Shown here one piece after another: positions 59,314 through 64,000 of a stretch of DNA of 64,000 nucleotides (the first letter of the stretch is position 1; every line of letters begins with the position of its first letter). Both the position numbers and the translations under genes were made by a program. The stretch is from Patescibacteria group bacterium (GTDB lineage Bacteria; Patescibacteriota; Patescibacteriia; UBA1558; GWA2-36-10), in contig JBAYIR010000003.1 of assembly GCA_041665505.1 (NCBI GenBank), positions 45,363 through 109,362 of the forward strand, given 5' to 3'. The notes under the pieces are model-generated. The model was not told where the DNA came from, did no database searches, and worked only from the letters and a program-made list of their open reading frames with translations.

Positions 59314-62015
59314 ATAAAATTGATACTAAAATTTTAGATATTGATAAAGTAATATGTAAAAATATTGATAGATTTGATGACTCTGAAAGAGGTTTACTAT
59401 CTCAAAATATCTTATCTCAACTTAGAAATTTTGTTGAGCATATTTCGTTAAAAGTACACAGTAATGGGAAAGATATTGAAAATACATATGAAAATATTCA
59501 GATAGCTAATGCTTATGTAAGAACAAGGGGTGAATTAAAATTTTTAAGTAAATTTCATAAACTTCTACAAATCACAGCCTCTCATTACACACTTGATACA
59601 GAAAACTCTGAAAGACTGATGTTAAAATATTATGAATACTTGCTTAAAATAAAGTTATATCTCAAGGATAATCACAATTTGGAGGTTCTGAAAAACATTG
59701 ATTCTTTTCCCATCAACACAGATACTGTGTTGCAAGAATACTATAAAAAAATAGTTGAAAAGATTAATCAATCAAAATCAACAAAGGCAGAAAATGATTA
59801 TGATAGATATTATATTCAGAAAATAAAACCATTTTTTGTTGAGTATAAAGTATATTATGAAGTTACTTTTACAGCAGCTAATGATAAGGCAAGTAAATTC
59901 GATAGAGTTATCGCATTCACGAAATTTGATATTTCACACAACTATGCTGTAAAACTTTCTGTAAGTAATGATACTATACAAATTTTAGATAAAAATATGC
60001 CCATTCAAATTATTGATGATTGGGAGGTGTCAATTCGTCCATGCGAGCTAAATAATTTTGCCAGCATATTTTTAGGAAATCGTTCAGGCATACAAAGCAA
60101 CTACAGTGAATACCGTAATCTAATGACATTTTTAACTAAAACGGGGTTAAATCTAGTTGAATTTATTGACTCCGCAGACGATTATTATAAAAAAATAAGA
60201 AGTCTTATAATTAAGGAAGCTAAAGCCGTTTATTTGTTTAATATTTTGGATAAGTGTCGCGAGTTAACACAAAGCAATAAATCAGGAAACAATGTTATTA
60301 GGTATTTATTATATAATTTGAATAATAAAATAATAAAACAACAACATAAATTTGGAGGTTGCCACCTATTATCAGATTTACATCTTGAATATGGATGTAT
60401 ACCTTTTGATAAAATGCCATTTAACACTTCCTTAATAGAACATAATCCAAAAATTTCTGATTTATTCGATTGTCTAGATTCAAGTAATAGAGAACATGAG
60501 ATATTTGCTAGGTTTATAAAAAATAATACTGAAACAAAGGGGCAGTTGTATACTCCTAAAAAAAATATCACTAGCTTTGAAAATATAGACAATCTTATGC
60601 AGTTATATAATGATAGTCTATATTATAAACATGCCCATCGTAAACTCGAAGAATATAAAAATCATATTTATATAAAGGGTTATGAAGAAGGCGCCTTCCA
60701 TATTATTAAAAATTTAAAAGACCTATCTTCTACGGGGATCAAAAATTATAAAAATTCTGTAAATTCTTGGTTAAAAACATCTGCATATGAAATTGATTGT
60801 GACGATAAAAAAGAAGCCTTAAGAAACATGTTTGAAAAATCAAGAGTAGCTTTAATATATGGTCCTGCTGGAACAGGAAAATCAACTATGATAAATCACG
60901 TATCTAACTTTCTCAATAATTACAGAAAACTATATTTGGCTAATACTAACCCGGCAGTCGAAAATCTAAAAAGAAGAGTTAACGCTTCTAACAGCACTAT
61001 TAAAACTATTACTAAATTTTTATCTGCTAGAAATGAAGATGTTGAATTTGATGTATTAATAATTGATGAATGTAGTACGGTTAGCAATTCTGATATGCAT
61101 AAAATTTTGGATAAAGCATCATTCGAATTATTAGTCTTAGTAGGAGATGTTTTTCAAATAGAGTCTATACTTTTCGGAAATTGGTTTAATATAGTACAGT
61201 CTTTCGTTCCAGAAACTTCAATATTTGAATTAACTAAACCATATCGTAGCAAAAATCCTAAGTTACTTAATCTATGGGATAAAGTCAGAAATATAGATGA
61301 TGATATAGATGAACAAATTACAAAACATAATTATTCAGCTACTTTAAATGAATCTTTTTTTACTAGTTCTGATGAAGATGAGATAATCCTGTGTCTTAAC
61401 TATGATGGACTTTATGGCATAAATAATATAAATAAATTTTTACAAAGTGATAATAAGAATAAACCAATAAATTGGGGTGTTCATACATATAAAGTTAATG
61501 ATCCTATATTATTTAATGAGTCAGAAAGATTTACACCTTTGATTTATAATAACTTAAAAGGAAAAATAGTCGGCATAAAAAAATTTAGTGACAAAATACA
61601 ATTTGATATTGAGATAGATAAGGCCATAAACCAGTTTGAAGCCGATAGATATGATTTTGAATTAATTGGTGATTCTAATAATGGTAACTCAATAATCCGT
61701 TTTTTTGTTAATAAGCATGGAAGTACGGATGAAGATGATGATTCATATTCAAATACTATAGTCCCTTTTCAAGTCGCTTATGCCGTATCAATACATAAAG
61801 CTCAAGGTTTAGAGTACAATTCAGTTAAAATTGTTATTATAGACGAAACGGAAGAAATGATTACCCATAATATTTTTTATACTGCTATAACAAGAGCTAG
61901 GGAAAAGTTAAAAATATACTGGACACCGGAAACTGGGCAAAAGATATTAAGCAATCTTGAGAGGAGAAATAACGGGAAAGATGCTAAATTATTAGCATTA
62001 AAATTTAATCTTTAA
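59310..62015 (+). CDS. RecD-like SF1B helicase with long N-terminal region
   Basis: GPAGTGKS, IDECS, LVGD..Q, YAVSIHKAQGLEY, YTAITRAR. Confidence 0.88.
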   Translation: MNKIDTKILDIDKVICKNIDRFDDSERGLLSQNILSQLRNFVEHISLKVHSNGKDIENTYENIQIANAYVRTRGELKFLSKFHKLLQITASHYTLDTENSERLMLKYYEYLLKIKLYLKDNHNLEVLKNIDSFPINTDTVLQEYYKKIVEKINQSKSTKAENDYDRYYIQKIKPFFVEYKVYYEVTFTAANDKASKFDRVIAFTKFDISHNYAVKLSVSNDTIQILDKNMPIQIIDDWEVSIRPCELNNFASIFLGNRSGIQSNYSEYRNLMTFLTKTGLNLVEFIDSADDYYKKIRSLIIKEAKAVYLFNILDKCRELTQSNKSGNNVIRYLLYNLNNKIIKQQHKFGGCHLLSDLHLEYGCIPFDKMPFNTSLIEHNPKISDLFDCLDSSNREHEIFARFIKNNTETKGQLYTPKKNITSFENIDNLMQLYNDSLYYKHAHRKLEEYKNHIYIKGYEEGAFHIIKNLKDLSSTGIKNYKNSVNSWLKTSAYEIDCDDKKEALRNMFEKSRVALIYGPAGTGKSTMINHVSNFLNNYRKLYLANTNPAVENLKRRVNASNSTIKTITKFLSARNEDVEFDVLIIDECSTVSNSDMHKILDKASFELLVLVGDVFQIESILFGNWFNIVQSFVPETSIFELTKPYRSKNPKLLNLWDKVRNIDDDIDEQITKHNYSATLNESFFTSSDEDEIILCLNYDGLYGINNINKFLQSDNKNKPINWGVHTYKVNDPILFNESERFTPLIYNNLKGKIVGIKKFSDKIQFDIEIDKAINQFEADRYDFELIGDSNNGNSIIRFFVNKHGSTDEDDDSYSNTIVPFQVAYAVSIHKAQGLEYNSVKIVIIDETEEMITHNIFYTAITRAREKLKIYWTPETGQKILSNLERRNNGKDAKLLALKFNL

Positions 62016-62153
62016 GCCCTATATTTATAAAAATTACAGCTAAATGTAACTTTATACTGGCTTGCCGTGTCACTTTTGTCACTTTTTTATAAAAATAAGG
62101 CGCACGAGGATCTATTGATTTGTAAAATTATAATATAGTAAAATAACCTTACT

Positions 62154-62195
62154 GGGCTTATTCGGAATACGGTTCCAGCCCGAAGTAGCCCGCCA
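62154..62195 (+). pseudogene. tRNA-like minihelix or tRNA remnant ending GCCA
   Basis: GGGCT...AGCCC-GCCA acceptor-like stem with T-arm-like TACGG-TTCCAGC-CCGAA; promoter-like TTGATT-18-TAAAAT upstream. Confidence 0.45.
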
Positions 62196-62315
62196 TTCAA
62201 TTCCGTCGCGTATGACGCGATTCCACTCATGGCCTTCGGCCACTTATTTGGTATATAAAGTGATAAGTTATCGAATGTCCTGAGCGAGTGAACAAAGTGA
62301 ACGAGTCGAAGGGCA
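62190..62315. repeat. REP-doublet-like palindromic repeat, copy 2
   Basis: 94/98 identical to 38553-38650. Confidence 0.9.
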
Positions 62316-62370
62316 CTCGTGCTAACACGAAGTACTTAAGAAAACAGCTTCTCAGGTAAGCCGTTTTTTG
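62316..62370 (+). repeat. att-like module copy 3: palindrome plus terminator
   Basis: CTCGTGCTAACACGAAGTACTTAAGAAAACAGCTTCT...AAGCCGTTTTTTG resembles 41912-41965. Confidence 0.75.
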
Positions 62371-62404
62371 TTATTATAAAGATAATTAATATTTAGATTA
62401 TTGT

Positions 62405-63004
62405 ATGTCAGATATCCCAATAAAATTAGATTTTTTTAGAAAATTAGAGCTATTTCAACAATTGATAGTTCTAAATAGAAGATCTAAAAATGGTAATGAT
62501 TATGTTAAAAAAAATTGGAGAATGGAGAAGAAAATTCTCAGATGGGCTAGTAAAAATTCTCATATATTGTCAATACCATTTGATATGGATCATATTTATT
62601 TTGAATTTTATCAAGAAGAATATGATGACACTAAGACACGCTTACTTAGAAAATTTGTTAATGAGAATAAGCTGGATTCTTATGATATTACAGAAGAACA
62701 TGAACAAATAATAGAAAAGCAAACTAAAAATTATTTTGAAGAAAAGTATGGTGAGTTTAAATATATTTTTGGTAATCTGGTACATAGGGGTTTTGCAGAA
62801 TATTCCTCTAAAAAATTTAATAATTATGAAATATTTATAACACAAACAGGTCTTTTGATGGGCAACGTAATAGATGATTATGAAGGTTCTATTTTCTGGT
62901 TAAAATATCCCTTGTTTATAATAATAGTTTGGATTTTTGTTATATCAGTGATTATTATAACCATATCACAAGCAATTAGTGTTTTTTTGTTTGATCTTAG
63001 ATAA
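62405..63004 (+). CDS. hypothetical protein with C-terminal TM
   Basis: 199-aa AT-rich ORF. Confidence 0.65.
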   Translation: MSDIPIKLDFFRKLELFQQLIVLNRRSKNGNDYVKKNWRMEKKILRWASKNSHILSIPFDMDHIYFEFYQEEYDDTKTRLLRKFVNENKLDSYDITEEHEQIIEKQTKNYFEEKYGEFKYIFGNLVHRGFAEYSSKKFNNYEIFITQTGLLMGNVIDDYEGSIFWLKYPLFIIIVWIFVISVIIITISQAISVFLFDLR

Positions 63005-63028
63005 AAATAAATGAATATTTAACTATTA

Positions 63029-63057
63029 TTGACAAAATCATTACAAAATAATATACT
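63029..63057 (+). promoter_or_regulatory. near-consensus sigma70 promoter
   Basis: TTGACA-17-TATACT. Confidence 0.75.
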
Positions 63058-63117
63058 GTTTTGATTCTGGTAATCCTGCCAGAATGTTTGTACACACTCG
63101 TGATAGGGAGATCCATC

Positions 63118-63351
63118 ATGGACGACCAAGCACCAGATACCACCCCGGGCACCACCACTCCTGGAACTCCGCCCACGGACAGTGAGAACAGCACCTACCT
63201 TCGGGACCTCCTGGACGATCCCGAGCACTTCAAGCTGACGGCTCAGGTGACCAGGCGTCACTACGAGGCGCTCTGCGAGGTCGGCTTCACGCCGGATCAG
63301 GCCGTCAAGATCGTGTCTCACAACATGATGATGTTGCCCTGTTCCTGTTGA
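63118..63351 (+). CDS. small GC-rich hypothetical protein (77 aa)
   Basis: GGGAG SD 7 nt before ATG 63118; own promoter and downstream hairpin; 75/120 GC at 63121-63240. Confidence 0.65.
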   Translation: MDDQAPDTTPGTTTPGTPPTDSENSTYLRDLLDDPEHFKLTAQVTRRHYEALCEVGFTPDQAVKIVSHNMMMLPCSC

Positions 63352-63363
63352 TCGACGTGCGTA

Positions 63364-63398
63364 CCCGGACCGCCAACATAGTTAGTTGGCGGTCCGGG
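63364..63398 (+). terminator. strong hairpin after GC-rich gene
   Basis: CCCGGACCGCCAAC-N7-GTTGGCGGTCCGGG; U-tract weak. Confidence 0.65.
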
Positions 63399-63545
63399 GC
63401 ACTTTACACAGCCAATACTGTTTTTAACAGTATTTTTTGTTTTTATTTTAGCTTGATTTAATGTATAATTAAGCTTAATATATACTAAGATACATCAGAA
63501 TAGCTTATCTATTATACTACTAAAATTTGAAACAAAAATATTGTT

Positions 63546-64000
63546 ATGAGAATTGGTTTTTTTACGGAGATATATCTACCACATCTTAATGGAATTACCA
63601 TTAGTTTAATTTTTGCTAAAAAAGAATTAGAAAAAAGAGGCCATCAAGTATATATTTTTACTCCAAAAATAGCTGGTTATAAAGATAAAGAAAATAATAT
63701 CATCCGCCTACGTTCTATAGCCATCCTTAATCCAGAACTAGAACTAAAACTTCCTATATCAGCCATTGATGTTCGTAAAATTCTTAAACTAAAATTAGAT
63801 GTTGTCCATGGTCATGGCTGTGGGCTAGTGAGTATCCTTGGTTATGAGTTAGCTCTGACCAAAGGATATCCTTATGTTTTTACTTATCACACCTATTTAG
63901 AAAAATATACCCACTACTTTTTTTTAAAAAATAAAAAAATAACTAATAAAATAGCCAAAAATAGCAGCCGTTTTATCTGTAATGTCAGCGATCTAGTAAT
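63546..64000 (+). CDS. GT4 family glycosyltransferase, 3'-truncated
   Basis: Own translation: MRIGFFTEIYLPHLNG...LEKRGHQVYIFTP...VFTYHT; open to window end. Confidence 0.88.
   Translation, partial: MRIGFFTEIYLPHLNGITISLIFAKKELEKRGHQVYIFTPKIAGYKDKENNIIRLRSIAILNPELELKLPISAIDVRKILKLKLDVVHGHGCGLVSILGYELALTKGYPYVFTYHTYLEKYTHYFFLKNKKITNKIAKNSSRFICNVSDLV

Larger units (their letters stand above)
39277..62370. mobile_element. composite genomic island downstream of tRNA-Ser(GCT)
   Basis: tRNA-3'-like/palindrome/terminator modules at 39271, 41887 and 62190-62370; recombinase, terminase, R-M and defence-type cargo. Confidence 0.75.

Noticed and set aside
46077-62015. Complete prophage
   Set aside because: No recognisable capsid, portal, tail or lysis genes
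146-62845. Numerous short antisense or off-frame ORFs in the track
   Set aside because: Nested in longer motif-bearing genes; no recognisable motifs
1-64000. Recoded TGA (code 25)
   Set aside because: Long ORFs are intact under code 11 and TGA ends genes such as the PrgI-like, XRE and ImmA genes

Overview
AT-rich, genetic code 11 chromosome segment that looks like Patescibacteria/CPR (Parcubacteria/ABY1-like; inferred from gene content, AT-rich starts without Shine-Dalgarno and typical CPR hypothetical families). 1-38.3 kb is core genome: antiporters, LysM-M23, leuS, tsaC, rsmA, rpsF-ssb-rpsR-efp and recG. It is interleaved with a chromosomal T4SS-like locus (2889-aa Cys-rich protein, VirB6-like, PrgI, VirB4, VirB8-like, pilin-like). 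At 38.4-39.3 kb is a tRNA cluster (Ser-TGA, Arg-GCG, Ser-GCT). Each Ser tRNA is preceded by a duplicate of its own 5' end, split at A14/G15 by the same 30-nt double hairpin. One duplicate carries a GIY-YIG nuclease gene and the other only the last ~10 codons of one. From 39.3 to 62.4 kb is a composite island downstream of tRNA-Ser(GCT), punctuated by a recurring CCGCCA / CTCGTGCTAGCACGAG / terminator module. It holds an ABC-MarR islet, DUF4238, a Sau3AI-like R-M pair and a capsid-less element (serine recombinase, ParB-MTase, TerS, TerL, XRE/ImmA switch, RecD-like helicase). That element carries a foreign-looking cassette between 59-bp palindromic direct repeats. Protein identities come from motif recognition only; no database searches were run.
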